Source: Zygnema circumcarinatum SAG 698-1b (taxonomy: Eukaryota; Plantae; Zygnematophyceae). Taken from it: 29,864 bases of DNA. The position numbers and the translations under genes are program-made. The stretch lies in the NCBI GenBank assembly GCA_037447605.1, contig JBBHKD010000020.1:1-29864 (forward strand). The letters run 5' to 3'. A model generated the notes under the pieces. It had not been told where the DNA came from and did no database searches. It saw only the letters and a program-made list of their open reading frames with translations. This document shows positions 1 through 10,479 of this stretch, piece after piece; the first letter of the stretch is position 1, and each line of letters begins with the position of its first letter.

Positions 1-835
1 CATCTGTTGGGACCATCGCAATGCTTTGTTTTAATTAAAAATATTTGGATTTGTTGTACCCTCCCAGGCGCCGCTCACCGCCAGGAGGACCCCCGAGGCG
101 TTTCCGCGACCTGGCTTCGCATGCCGGTGTCCTGCCTCGCCGCTAAGCATCCTCGCAGACTCTCCAACAGCCAAGATGCTCCAAGCGCAGACCCCTAGGC
201 CCAGCTTTTAAGAGCCAATCCTTTTCCTGAGTCTGCGAGGGGATCCATTTCCGCCTACTTCCCTACCTACATTGTTCTATCGACCCAGAGGCCGCTCACC
301 TTGGAGAACTGATGCGGTTATGAGTACGACCGGTGTGACAGTAGTCGCTCCTCCAGACTCTCAAGGCCGCCTGGGTCAGCCGGACACGCAAAATGTGCGA
401 TGCTTTACCGACTGCTGGACCCCATCGGTAATCCGCTTTCAGGTGGGAATGGCTCAAGAAAAGAGAACTCTTCCTGTGCCCGCGGCGCTTTGCATTTGTT
501 TACGTTGCGTCCCGCCTCGATGTTTGGCTTCGGAATGTTAACTCATTCCCTTTGATGGGTGGTGATCTGTAATGGCCTCATAAATGCTAACCCACTTTAG
601 GACTGAACCCATGTTGAAATTCACATGGAACCTTTCTCCACTTCAGTCTTCAAAGTTCTCATTTGAATATTTGCTACTACCACCAAGATCTGCACTAGAG
701 GCCGTTTCACTCGGGCTCACGCCCCAAGCTGCGCCACGACCCCCACGTCCTCCTACTCATTGAGGCCTCGCATTTGCCTCAATGGCCGGGTATAGGTCAC
801 GCGCTTCAGCGCCATCCATTTTCGGGGCTAGTTGA

Positions 836-869
<34 letters not shown>

Positions 870-2065
870 ATTTCGACTTCCATGACCACCGTCCTGCTGT
901 CTTAATCAATCAACACCCTTTGTGGGATCTAGGTTAGCGCGTAGTTAGGCACCGTAACCCGGCTTTCGGTTCATCCCGCATCGCCAGTTCTGCTTACCAA
1001 AAATGGCCCACTTGGAACTCTCATTTGACGTCGAGGTTCACTGTACCTCGGCAGCCTACCTATTTAAAGTTCTAGAACAGGTCAAGGATGTTTCATCCTT
1101 GAGGCCTCTGTACCATCCGCTTTACCTGATAACTACGAGCTCCAGCCATCCTGAGGAAAATCGGAGGAAACCAGCTACTAGATGGTTTGATTAGTCTTCG
1201 CTATACCCAAGCTTGACGAACGACTTTGCACGTCAACGCTACGAGCCTCCACCTGGTCTTCCTTGGCTTCGCCCGCCCAGGATAGTTCATTATCTCTCTG
1301 GTTCCGACAGGATGCTTGTACTTCAAACCTTTCACAGAAGATCATGGTCGGCTTACTGGCTACTCCGAAAGAGATCCCATGGCCTCAGCTTCCCTTTTTG
1401 CCTCATGGGGTCCGCCATGACGCTCTCATACATGTCAGCAACTCCGGTCCGTGTTTCACACTGTCGACGGAAGCATTGTGCCACATCGCGCGCGCAGGTC
1501 CGAAGGCCGCAGCGACACGCCGCTTCCTCGCCAGCGCGCCGGCATGCACGGGGCATCACCCCCGCATTCATCCCGCGCGCCATCATGCGATGGGCGCCCG
1601 CGTCGAAACGCAGGTCCGGCGTCGCTCACACGGGTCGGGCGCACTCGCCGTCTTCCATCGCTTCCCCTCAAACATCTCCAGTTCATTCTTTTCAAAGTTC
1701 TTTTCATCTTTCCTCGCCTGACCTGTCCGCTATCGGCTTTCTCGCGACATTTAGCCTTAGATGAATTTACCATTGAATCAGGGCTACTATTCCAAAAACA
1801 ACCTGATTGTGGAGAGGCCGCATCCCGGGAGGAACAGTAATTCACCTTCACCAGCTCCTCAGCCCCCTCATGATCCCGTCTCCACTGACCGGGGTCGGCC
1901 GTGACACAGACGCTCTTTAGATTACAGACAACTCGGAGAGCCAAGCTCTTTAATTTCCAAGTCTGGCCTTTCCCGCTCACTTGGAGCCAGATAGAATCAT
2001 CAGTTTCTTTCTTCTGCTTATAAATATGCTTAAATTTGTGGGTGCTTTGCTCATTCTAGAATTAA
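1..2065 (-). rRNA. 28S: 28S/25S (LSU) rRNA, 5' ~2 kb only; window starts inside the gene
   Basis: Reverse complement has conserved LSU blocks, e.g. 630-1020 (CTTCAGTCTTCAAAGTTCTCATTTGAATATTTGCTACTACCACCAAGATC...GCATCGCCAGTTCTGCTTACCAAAAATGGCCC) and a noisy 5' motif near 2000-2045. Other blocks are indel-rich. 5' boundary approximate. Confidence 0.95.
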
Positions 2066-2311
2066 ATAAACAAATTAAGGTATTATATCGCGCAATGGTC
2101 CTCGACAACCCGCCTCCGACGCTATCGGATGTTAATATTATGAAATATTTTACCTCGTTCGAGTTTTTGTTAGGGGGATGGGAACGTCGTCGCTCGACCT
2201 TCATTCAAGCCGACCGAGTGAAGCCGGAGCAAGCATATGCGGAGTCTCTGATGGCCAAATCCGCATGCGCGCAAGCAAAAATGCAAAACGCAAATGCGAG
2301 TGTTTTATCGG
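2066..2311 (-). other. ITS2
   Basis: Position between the 5.8S 3' end and the LSU 5' end; boundaries approximate. Confidence 0.8.
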
Positions 2312-2466
2312 TGACGCTCAGGCAGGCATGCCCCCGGCAAATGCCTCGGGCGCAATTTGCGTTCAAAGATTTGATGATTCACGGAATTCTGCAATTCACA
2401 CTACGTATCGCATTTCGCTGCGTTCTTCATCGTTGCGAGAGCCAAGATATCCGTTGTTGAGAGTTT
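2312..2466 (-). rRNA. 5.8S: 5.8S rRNA
   Basis: Reverse complement reads CTCTCAACAACGGATATCTTGGCTCTCGCAACGATGAAGAACGCAGCGAAATGCGATACGTAGTGTGAATTGCAGAATTCCGTGAATCATC...GCATGCCTGCCTGAGCGTCA, a green-plant/algal type. Confidence 0.98.
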
Positions 2467-2824
2467 TCTTTGGTTTCTTTTGGTTTTTTTGCGTTTTTCC
2501 CGCTGTCTGTCCGGCAAGCGGACTAGCAAGGGTGCAAAATCTTTTAGTCAGAAAAAAAATGGGGTTTTTGGTGTGGTGTTTTGTGGGGGAGGTAACCCCC
2601 AACCCGAGAGGCGCGAGGGCCCCCTGTGTCAGGGGGGCAAAGGGGAGTGTGCGTGCATCGCGCAGCCGTGACCGGCATCCGCCCACTCTGACTCTTGGTC
2701 GAGGACCGCATGCATAAAAACGCGCCAATCCCGCCAGCTTTGCGCCTCGCCGCCGCAGCACCCCAGAGGAAACAAGGCTTTGTTAGGTTGCCACAACACC
2801 ATCAATCGTGGTTTGATGTGTGTC
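2467..2824 (-). other. ITS1
   Basis: Between the 18S 3' end (GGAAGGATCATT, revcomp at 2825-2836) and the 5.8S. Confidence 0.85.
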
Positions 2825-3442
2825 AATGATCCTTCCGTAGGCTTCATTACGAACGTGAATCATAAACGCCCGCCTCCTTTTCCTTTGGGTGGAGAGGCAA
2901 GCTCATTGATCTAAAGTGAAAACAAATGGATGTTCCTTCCTTTTGAGAGGCCTGACTCATACTGAAGCCCTTTCTGTTTAAAATACTCACCCGTCTAGCC
3001 CCAATCGGTCTCTCCCAGGAGATTGCAGGCCAGAGGATGCATGGAGGCATTTGCCTTGGATAACCCATGTCTTGGTCAGTGTGTGGTATAGAGTATTGCA
3101 GTGTGTGCCTCGAGACCCGCCCTTTCGAAAAGGAGTGTGGGGTCCTCGAGTACAAGAACGACGACACACACCACGTTTTCACCAACCAATTTTATCTTTG
3201 ACGTTATTACCATACCCGTGGTCGTTGCCCTGGCCATACACGTCTTTCGACAAGAGTACTTGGTAGTCAAAGTTTTAGGGATTTCCCGCAATTTGGCGGT
3301 GTCGCGCCACATCATAGTGGTGGCACTGCCTTCAAGACCTTTCCCAGTTGTTCTGGAGAAAGTCGCGAAGGTCACCCTTTCGGGCAGCTAAGGCTTCAGC
3401 ATGTGTCGAACGTGCGGAAGGATATGTTTTGGCTGTTTTGCA

Positions 3443-3483
<41 letters not shown>

Positions 3484-3554
3484 TAATGAACTTCTCTCGG
3501 CGTCACCGGCGGCGAACCGCCAGCGTCGCCAAAATCCGAAATACTTCACCGGAT

Positions 3555-3604
<50 letters not shown>

Positions 3605-3605
3605 A

Positions 3606-3637
<32 letters not shown>

Positions 3638-3668
3638 TATTCCTCGTTGAAGATTAATAATTGCAATA

Positions 3669-3701
<33 letters not shown>

Positions 3702-3981
3702 TCCCAGACCTTTCGATCCAGGTTATAAGCTCGTTGAATTCATCAGTGTAGCGCGCGTGCGGCCCAGAACATCTAAGGGCATCACAGACCTGTTATTGCC
3801 TCAAACTTCCACATGGTGATACGCGAACAGCCCCTCCAAGAAGTTGGCCCTCTAAAGAAAAACTTCCGCTAACCACCACAGGCTGAGATCCGCTCGCTAA
3901 CGGAACGTAACCAGACAAATCACTCCACCAACTAAGAACGGCCATGCACCACCACCCATAGAATCAAGAAAGAGCTCTCAA

Positions 3982-4020
<39 letters not shown>

Positions 4021-4054
4021 CCGTGTTGAGTCAAATTAAGCCGCAGGCTCCACA

Positions 4055-4146
<92 letters not shown>

Positions 4147-5201
4147 TGGCGAAGTCATCGATGTAACATCTGCCATTGACCTGATCGCTGATGTTGAGAC
4201 TAGACGGTATCTACCGACCTTTGAGCCTCAACTTTTGCTCCCCTATTAATGAAAACACCCCTGGGGAAAATGCTTTTCGGAGAAGCTTTGTCTTTCATAA
4301 ATCCAAGAATTTCACCTCTGACAACTTGAAATACGAATGCCCCCAACCGTCCTGCATTAATCACTATTTCGCTTCTAAGACCAATACAATAGGCATTGAT
4401 AGTCTGATCACGTCATCCATGCTAATGTATCCAGAAAGCGAAGGCCCGCCTTGAACACTCTAATGCTTTTTCAACAAACACCGCGACTCCGCGCCCCGAT
4501 CGAACGAAGGCCACAGTGTGTCCCGGGAAGAGGATGGCGAGGCGGGCTCAAGTTGGAGGAGTACCGGGCGCTCCAACCTAAAATCCAACTACGAGCCTCC
4601 CGGGACTGCAACAACTTAGATATGTGATCGGAGCCGGAGATTACGCGGCCGCTGGGACCAGAGACCGCCCTCGAACGTACTCCCTCGCTAAGGCATCTCA
4701 TTGATCATTCCAATTACTAGGCTTTAAACAGCCCGCATTGTCATCTACGTCACCTCCCTGTATTACATTGACAGTCGCCTGCCGCCGGATGTGGTAGCGG
4801 TTTCTCAGGCTTCTCTCTGGCAATCCGACTTAATTTTTCGCCACCGCTCACCACCATGGTAGGCTCTATCCTGACCATCGAAAGTTGACAGGGGATAAAT
4901 TTGAATGAAACATCGCCAGCCAGGCTGTGCCATTCGATAGTTATTATGATTCACCGCAATACCGGGCGAGCCCGCATTGGCCTTTTATCTAATAAATACG
5001 TCCCTTCCAAAAGTCGGGAGTTGGTGCACGTATTAGCTCTAGAATTACTACGGTTATTCCGAGTAGTAAGGTACCATCAAATAAACTATAACTGATTTAA
5101 TGAGCCATTCGCAGTTTCACAGTATAAAAGAGTTTATACTTAGACATGCATGGCTTAATCTTTGAGACAAGCATATGACTACTGGCAGGATCAACCAGGT
5201 A
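2825..5201 (-). rRNA. 18S: 18S (SSU) rRNA; exons 5201-3445 and 2853-2825, interrupted by a group I intron
   Basis: 5' end TACCTGGTTGATCCTGCCAGTAGTCATATGCTTGTCTCAAA (revcomp ending 5201), AAGTCGTAACAAGGT ending at 3445, and a noisy 3' exon TTC.GTA..TGAA.CCT.CGGAAGGATCATT. Exon sum is ~1.79 kb, so no further introns. Confidence 0.97.
2854..3444 (-). ncRNA. Group I intron, subgroup IC1, at SSU position S1506 (~591 nt, no homing endonuclease ORF)
   Basis: Inserted after ...AACAAGGT (U1506) and ends in G before the 3' exon. P element AAATTGCGGGAAA, P5a CTTTGAC/GTCAAAG, GAAA-capped P5b and A-rich bulge GGTAATAA are recognisable. The Q/R/S half lies in a noisy block. Confidence 0.88.
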
Positions 5202-5929
5202 GCTTCCTTCACAATCGCGCGTGCCATGGGCAGCCCAAAGGGCCGCCGCAAGCACACGCGACGTTATCGGCCCAAAACAAGAGCAGGTGTGATTATCTCA
5301 TGAAGATGGCAAACGCATCCACACAAAAACCTGCACCCTCTGCGCGTGCGCCCGAAACATGTCCGGGCCGTCGCACCGAGGGCTCTTGCTTGCCATACCC
5401 GTCTGTACCAGAATTTCCCCCTCATCAAAAAAACGACCGAAACATAGCGCAACAAAGGACTGCCCTTCCCGGTGCTCAGAAACGAGACGAGGGGAACAAG
5501 CCTTGTTGAGCCAGCTCGACCGCATTTCTGACGATCGCGCAAGGAGTCGCCGCCCGGAAGATGGAGGGCCCGCACGACGCCAGGCGAGGCGCCTGCACAG
5601 CCCTTCTCCTTCGAGACAAGCGACGACCGCCCATTGCGAAATAAACCACGGCAGAGAGAGGCGAGTGTATGCTGTGCATCAGTTGCACAAACTTCAGTTT
5701 GATCACTGCCGATCCCGCTCACTGGAAAACATGCCTTCATGTTGCTATGCTAATCCACTGTGGGTCAAAATAAACATCTGCCCCGCAACGATATTCATGA
5801 TCGTTACTCTTGGAGGAACACGGAACCGCAGTCCCCTACAACTACAAAACCATACCTTCTGGACCAAAAACAGGGCTCTGGATGCACCGGGAACCGCACA
5901 GCCACCACCTCCAAATCCAGGTATCACTT

Positions 5930-6140
5930 CCAACCATATGGCATATGTAGTGCCCAAAACGGGTCCAAGCAGGCCCTAGTCGTCACTAGCAGGCGATCCC
6001 GAAAATGGCATATGGACGAGTCAAAGCTGGTTCAAGCAGGACCAAGCGCCACCCATAGGAGGCGACCCGAAAATGGCATATGGACAAACCCAAAACCGGC
6101 CCAAGCAGACGAGTTACCACCCTACAGGGACTCAGACCGC
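5930..6140. repeat. Three degenerate ~68-70 bp ETS subrepeats
   Basis: Recurring AAAATGGCATATGGAC...CCAAGCAG...AGGCGA.CC at about 5935, 6002 and 6070. Confidence 0.6.
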
Positions 6141-6300
6141 CCTGCGGGGAAGTGGACTGGAGGAGCGCCACCCCTCCCCCGCCGACACCTCCCCACACAG
6201 TCACACCAGCGGCTTGACCGCCACGCCTCCGACACGTCTGACGACCTCCAACATGACGCGCCCACGCCCGCCCGCGCGCGTGCCCGCCGCGCCCGTGCGC
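6118..6300 (-). promoter_or_regulatory. Candidate RNA Pol I gene promoter (proximal, noisy copy)
   Basis: Aligns by eye to 7440-7620. Its initiator-equivalent at 6188-6202 reads GACTGTGTGGGGAGG on the minus strand, ~1 kb upstream of the 18S. Confidence 0.45.
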
Positions 6301-6828
6301 GCCGCGCGCGCGCTCCGGCGCCCGCGCCCACCCGCCCGCTCCCGCGCCCGCGCGTCGCGCGCCCTCCGCTCCCCGCTCCCGCGCCCGCGCCCCCGCCCGC
6401 GCCCGCGCCCGCGCCAGCCCGCTCCCGCTCCTCCTCTGCGCCCGCGCCAGCCCGCTCCCGCTCCCGCGCCCTCGCCCGCGCTCGCGCCCGCGTCTGCGCC
6501 AGCCCGCTCCCTCGCCCGCGCCAGCCCGCTCCCTCGCCCGCGCCAGCCCGCTCCCGGGTGGTTTCAGGGACTTGGCCACCATCTGTATCCGCCACACGGC
6601 TTTAATGTAACATGCGCAATGGAAAGAATGTGCTCTGCATTCCGCATTTTGCACTCTTTTTTTTTTTTTTTTTTTNNNNNNNNNNGCCAGCCCGCTCCCG
6701 CTCCTCCTCTGCGCCCGCGCCAGCCCGCTCCCGCTCCCGCGCCCTCGCCCGCGCTCGCGCCCGCGTCTGCGCCAGCCCGCTCCCTCGCCCGCGCCAGCCC
6801 GCTCCCTCGCCCGCGCCAGCCCGCTCCC
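6256..6828. repeat. GC-rich low-complexity array (CCCGCG / GCCAGCCCGCTCCC units); ~6413-6675 is duplicated at 6686-6948 across a gap
   Basis: Direct inspection; the near-identical copy after the N gap includes the unique tail and the poly-T. Confidence 0.85.
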
Positions 6829-7439
6829 GGGTGGTTTCAGGGACTTGGCCACCATCTGTATCCGCCACACGGCTTTAATGTAACATGCGCAATGGAAAGA
6901 ATGTGCTCTGCATTCCGCATTTTGCACTCTTTTTTTTTTTTTTTTTTTCTCTCCCGCCATGCTGCGTGACTAATCGAAATGCGCCACGCGCTCCTTCAAT
7001 GTGCAGCTCTCCAGACAGACCCTCGAGTAGCCTCGCTTTCACATTTCTTGGTGTTTGTTGTGTGGAGGAATTTGCTCGTTCACACTGTGTGCATTTGAGG
7101 GGCAGTTTGTTTCAAACCTGCAGACATGGCAGAGGGTGCAGTTAGAGGGAACGACCTGACCTGACCTGGCTCAATTTAACAACAGGCAACCCACTTAAAC
7201 GCGAATTTCCAAGCACAATAATGTGGCAATAATGTCAACCCCCGCCAAAATTGAAAAGCTAGCAATTTTATGCACTTTTGCATGAAGAATTTCGAGTTCA
7301 AAAGTGTTGCATGAAGAATTCACAATTCAGATGGAAAGGCTATTGTCTTCCTTCTCACACTTTGCATTTAATTTTTCACTTTTGCTTTTGAAAGCAAATT
7401 GTAAAATGCAGAGTGCACAAAGCAGGATGTAGGGAGTGC

Positions 7440-7652
7440 ACCCTATAGTGGGGTACCGGACGCGGGCGGGGAAGTGGCACCGCAGAAGCGCCTCATCCTC
7501 CCCCCCCCCGCCGAACACCTCCCCATATAGTAAATACTAGCGTACTTGACCCGCCAAACGCCTCCCGACACCGTCGGACGCACTTTTTCAAAATATGGAC
7601 AGCCCGCGCGCGCCCGCGCCCGCGCCAGCCTGCTCCCGCGCCAGCGCCCGCT
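7440..7652 (-). promoter_or_regulatory. Candidate RNA Pol I spacer promoter (distal copy)
   Basis: Minus strand at 7518-7532 reads TACTATATGGGGAGG, resembling the plant Pol I initiation consensus TATATAGGGG, on the rRNA-coding strand. Paralogous to 6118-6300. Confidence 0.55.
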
Positions 7653-7654
7653 CT

Positions 7655-8061
7655 TGTTGGAGCATGGATCTGCTCGCTGCTCCCGGCGCCACCTCGCGTG
7701 TCGCCCTCCATTGGAACTCCGGTTCCCACCGATGAAGACATCTTCGGTGCACCAGCGCACTGGTGGAAGCTCCAGGCACCCACCTAAGAAGGGAGAAGCC
7801 CTTCCTCCAAAGCTTTACCACTTTCCACTCAGTCTGTGGATAAGCCCTCACTGCCACGTGCTGTGGGAGCAGGACTCGCAGACTGAGTACATGGTCTTTC
7901 GACCGCAGCAAGCGCAAGGCATCGAATGCACATTGCACTAAGGCATCACTGCCCATGGCATTCAAGATAATGACATGCCATTCATTCATCAAGACAGCAT
8001 TCGAAAATGCTGTTGGAGTCACAAGCATAGCAGGTGGCAATGAATAATCAGCAGGGAACGC
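7655..8061 (-). mobile_element. 3' part of an LTR (TGTTAG family) inserted in the rDNA spacer; runs into gap
   Basis: Minus strand ends ...GCTCCAACA at 7655, and 7655-7740 is homologous to the LTR end at 20090-20170. No PBS follows, so it is a 3' or solo LTR. Confidence 0.7.
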
Positions 8062-8071
8062 NNNNNNNNNN

Positions 8072-8520
8072 GAGATTTATAGGGCTGCAAAAACCGTTAG
8101 AGGGAGACCATAAAATCAGCCAGTTTCTAGGGGGACTGCCTGGCCGATTTGATGTAGCAGTTGCAGCTCTTAGGACTGTTCTAATAAACACCGTGATGAC
8201 CCTTGAGCAAGTGAAGAGGAGGATCAAGGAGGAGAACACTGTCCAAGACGTTGGAGGCACCAAGGAGAAGGTGTTGGCGCTGCACTCACGTCAAGCTCGA
8301 AGAGGAGGTGCACCGAGGGCAGACCAAGGGGAACGCCCTGCGGGAGCATGTTACACGTGCGGCAAAACGGGCCACTTCTCGGCCAACTGTTACAAGAACA
8401 AGAACACCCAAGATCGGGGTGGAGGAGCATCGTCATCCGTCAAGAAGGGATTCAAGGGAATCTGCTTCAAATGCAAGTAGCGAGGCCACAAGAGCACAGA
8501 ATGCAGAGTGGCGGTGGAGA
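8072..8520 (+). pseudogene. gag: Copia-A Gag C-terminus with CYTCGKTGHFSANC and CFKCK*RGHKSTEC zinc knuckles
   Basis: ORF 8034-8480; in-frame TAG within the second knuckle. Confidence 0.85.
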
Positions 8521-8929
8521 CGAATCTAATGCTGGTGAACATTGATTTTGTTGGGAAGATCGAGGGTTACCAAATTTGGAAGCTGACCATAGGCGTCGAT
8601 TACAGCGGCTTCCGCACGTAATGTGGCTGACAGCGAATATTCTCGTTGGACACCTTGGAGACAAGATCACATTCACTTTCGGCAACGGAGAGGAGTAGCG
8701 ATTACAAAGGAGGAAGTAGTAAAGACCGGTGATCCTCGAGCGGCTCTACATCATCTCCCTGAAGAAGAAAGGGAAGAGCGGTTGTGCATCGGTGACGTAC
8801 TTCACACCCCTGACCTGAAACAGACTTTCATGTCTGTTAGTCAACTATGTAAGAGGGGGTACGAAGTCACCTTCAAGGAGAAGTCTTGTGTAGCTACTCA
8901 CTTGGAGTCGGGGAAGCGGCTGTTTGAGG

Positions 8930-9700
8930 GGTATGAGAAGGGAGGCCTGTATTACCTTCATTATAGGAGAGAAGAAGATGAGGGTGTGATGGCCGTAACT
9001 GAGGGTGCAGTAAATCTTTGGCATCGTAGACTTGGTCATCTAAACCATATAGGGAATTTGCAGCGGCTTCTTTGCAAAGGGCTGGTCGCGGGTTAGACAT
9101 TGGCGTAGTTGAGAAGAATTTGAGCTTTTGCAAGAGTGTGTAGGGAAGGCGCGCCAGGACCCTTTTCGAGGAGTGGAGAGGAGTCATTTCACACGCAGGA
9201 GAAACTGGAATTGGTACATACCGATTTGTGTGGCCTCGTGACACCAGCAACGAGCGGAGGAGCTCACTACTTCATCACATTTCTTGACGATTTTTCAAGA
9301 AAAATTTGGGTGAAAATTCTCAAGTACAAGTCTGAAGCTTTCGGAGCTTTCAAAGATGGGCAGACTCAGATGGAGCGAGAGAGCGGTCAGAAACTGAAGA
9401 TGCTGCGCTCAGACAACGGAGGGGAATTCAAGTCGAAGGAGTTCGGCGAGTACTTAAAGGCTCGCGGGATAAGGCATGAATTTTCTGCCCCTTACTCCCC
9501 TCAAAGTAATGGAGCTGCTGAGAGGGTCAATAGGACGTTGGGGGACATGGCGCGAACCATGCTGATAGATTCCCCCTTTCCGGCATCCTTTTGGGGAGAG
9601 GGGGTGATGACCGCCACTTACCTTAGAAATAGATGCCCATCTTCTATGCTTAAGGATCAGGTTCTGAGGGATTGTGGAGTGGGAGGGGAAACCTGATTGT
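8930..9700 (+). pseudogene. pol: Copia-A GAG-pre-integrase and integrase core
   Basis: GGLYYL, LWHRRLGH, LVHTDLCG, FLDDFSR, LRSDNGGEF, PQSNGAAERVNRTL motifs, with a frameshift. Confidence 0.93.
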
Positions 9701-10002
9701 CCCACTTGAGGAGCCTTTGGATGTATTTGTGATGCGACGATACTTAGAGAAGGCGGTGAAGAAGAAAATTTCGACCCTCGGCGTTGGAAGGATGCGTTCT
9801 CGGTACAACATGGGCCGGTCGCCTCACAGGAGTGTGGAATCCTCGAGCAAACAAAGTGCAGAGCTTGAGAGACGTCACGGTGGACGAGAAGGGGGCGGTG
9901 ACTCGACTAGGTGAGCCGCACCACCCCAAAGGCGGGGTTGGAGGCCCAGTAATGCAGGGGATATGGAGACCCGGCCCGAAGAGGCATGGGCATACCTCTG
10001 GT

Positions 10003-10479
10003 TGTAGCAGCTTCGCTATACATGTGTTATGTATGACCTAGTACCCACATCCTTGATTTGCCTTTTAATATGGTAAAAAGCAACCTTTAGGTGGAGTACC
10101 GGGGGTCGAGTTCGAACCTTACAGTTGGCAGGTTTGTTACATTGGTATCAGAGCCTAAGGACTGGTATTTGTAATCCACCCCAAAAAGACCGTGATCTCT
10201 GAGCATGACGGCTTGGCTGACTAATCACTAGCCAACAATGACCAGAGGGTCTGAACCGTGAGGGGGCATGTGTTGAAAGAGCTTGAATGCAGCTCGTGAA
10301 AACCCTTAAGCATGGTCTCGAGGACGAGCCCGATTTAGGTGGGGAGGAATGTAGCGAAACGCTATACATGTGTTGTACGGCCTAGTACTTACATCCGCGG
10401 TTGCCTTTTAATGGTAAAGCACTTAGGTGGGTACCAGGAGGTCTTGAGTTCGAACCTTGCAGTTGGCAGGTTTGTTACA
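10003..10479 (+). mobile_element. Complete TRIM with tRNA-derived LTRs (LTRs 10003-10141 and 10350-10479)
   Basis: LTRs TGTAGC...GTTACA; PBS TGGTATCAGAGCC (tRNA-iMet) at 10143-10155; PPT AGGTGGGGAGGAA before 10350; perfect 5-bp TSD CTGGT at 9998-10002 and 10480-10484; ~208-bp non-coding interior. Confidence 0.93.
10397..10468 (+). promoter_or_regulatory. tRNA-derived module in the TRIM LTR (Pol III A/B-box-like; not a functional tRNA)
   Basis: D-arm-like CTTT-TAATGGT-AAAG, 5+7+5 anticodon-like arm, variable loop AGGTC, T-loop GTTCGAACC (10448-10456). The acceptor stem pairs poorly. Confidence 0.75.

Larger units (their letters stand above)
5202..7654 (-). other. rDNA 5' ETS and proximal intergenic spacer
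   Basis: Directly upstream of the 18S 5' end, with subrepeats and duplicated promoter-like blocks. Contains gap 6676-6685. Confidence 0.8.

Noticed and set aside
1003-5095. ORFs overlapping rRNA genes and the intron, including a possible homing endonuclease
   Set aside because: Antisense or sense shadows of rRNA; no His-Cys box or LAGLIDADG motif in the intron.
1-5201. rDNA pseudogene with heavily mutated 18S/28S
   Set aside because: Divergence is blocky and indel-rich, and the same pattern separates otherwise identical TE copies. Assembly noise is more parsimonious; not decidable without reads.
6556-6675. 5S rRNA or SINE ending in poly-T within the spacer
   Set aside because: No 5S sequence and no A/B/C boxes recognisable.
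6686-6948. Biological tandem duplication in the spacer
   Set aside because: Near-identical copy begins right after a 10-N gap, typical of an unmerged contig overlap.
5760-6969. Long Pro/Ala/Arg-rich ORFs (281-324 aa)
   Set aside because: Shadows of a stop-poor GC repeat in the rDNA spacer; several also cross an N gap.
10397-10468. Functional tRNA gene
   Set aside because: The acceptor stem does not pair, the anticodon loop varies among the four copies, and it lies inside LTRs.
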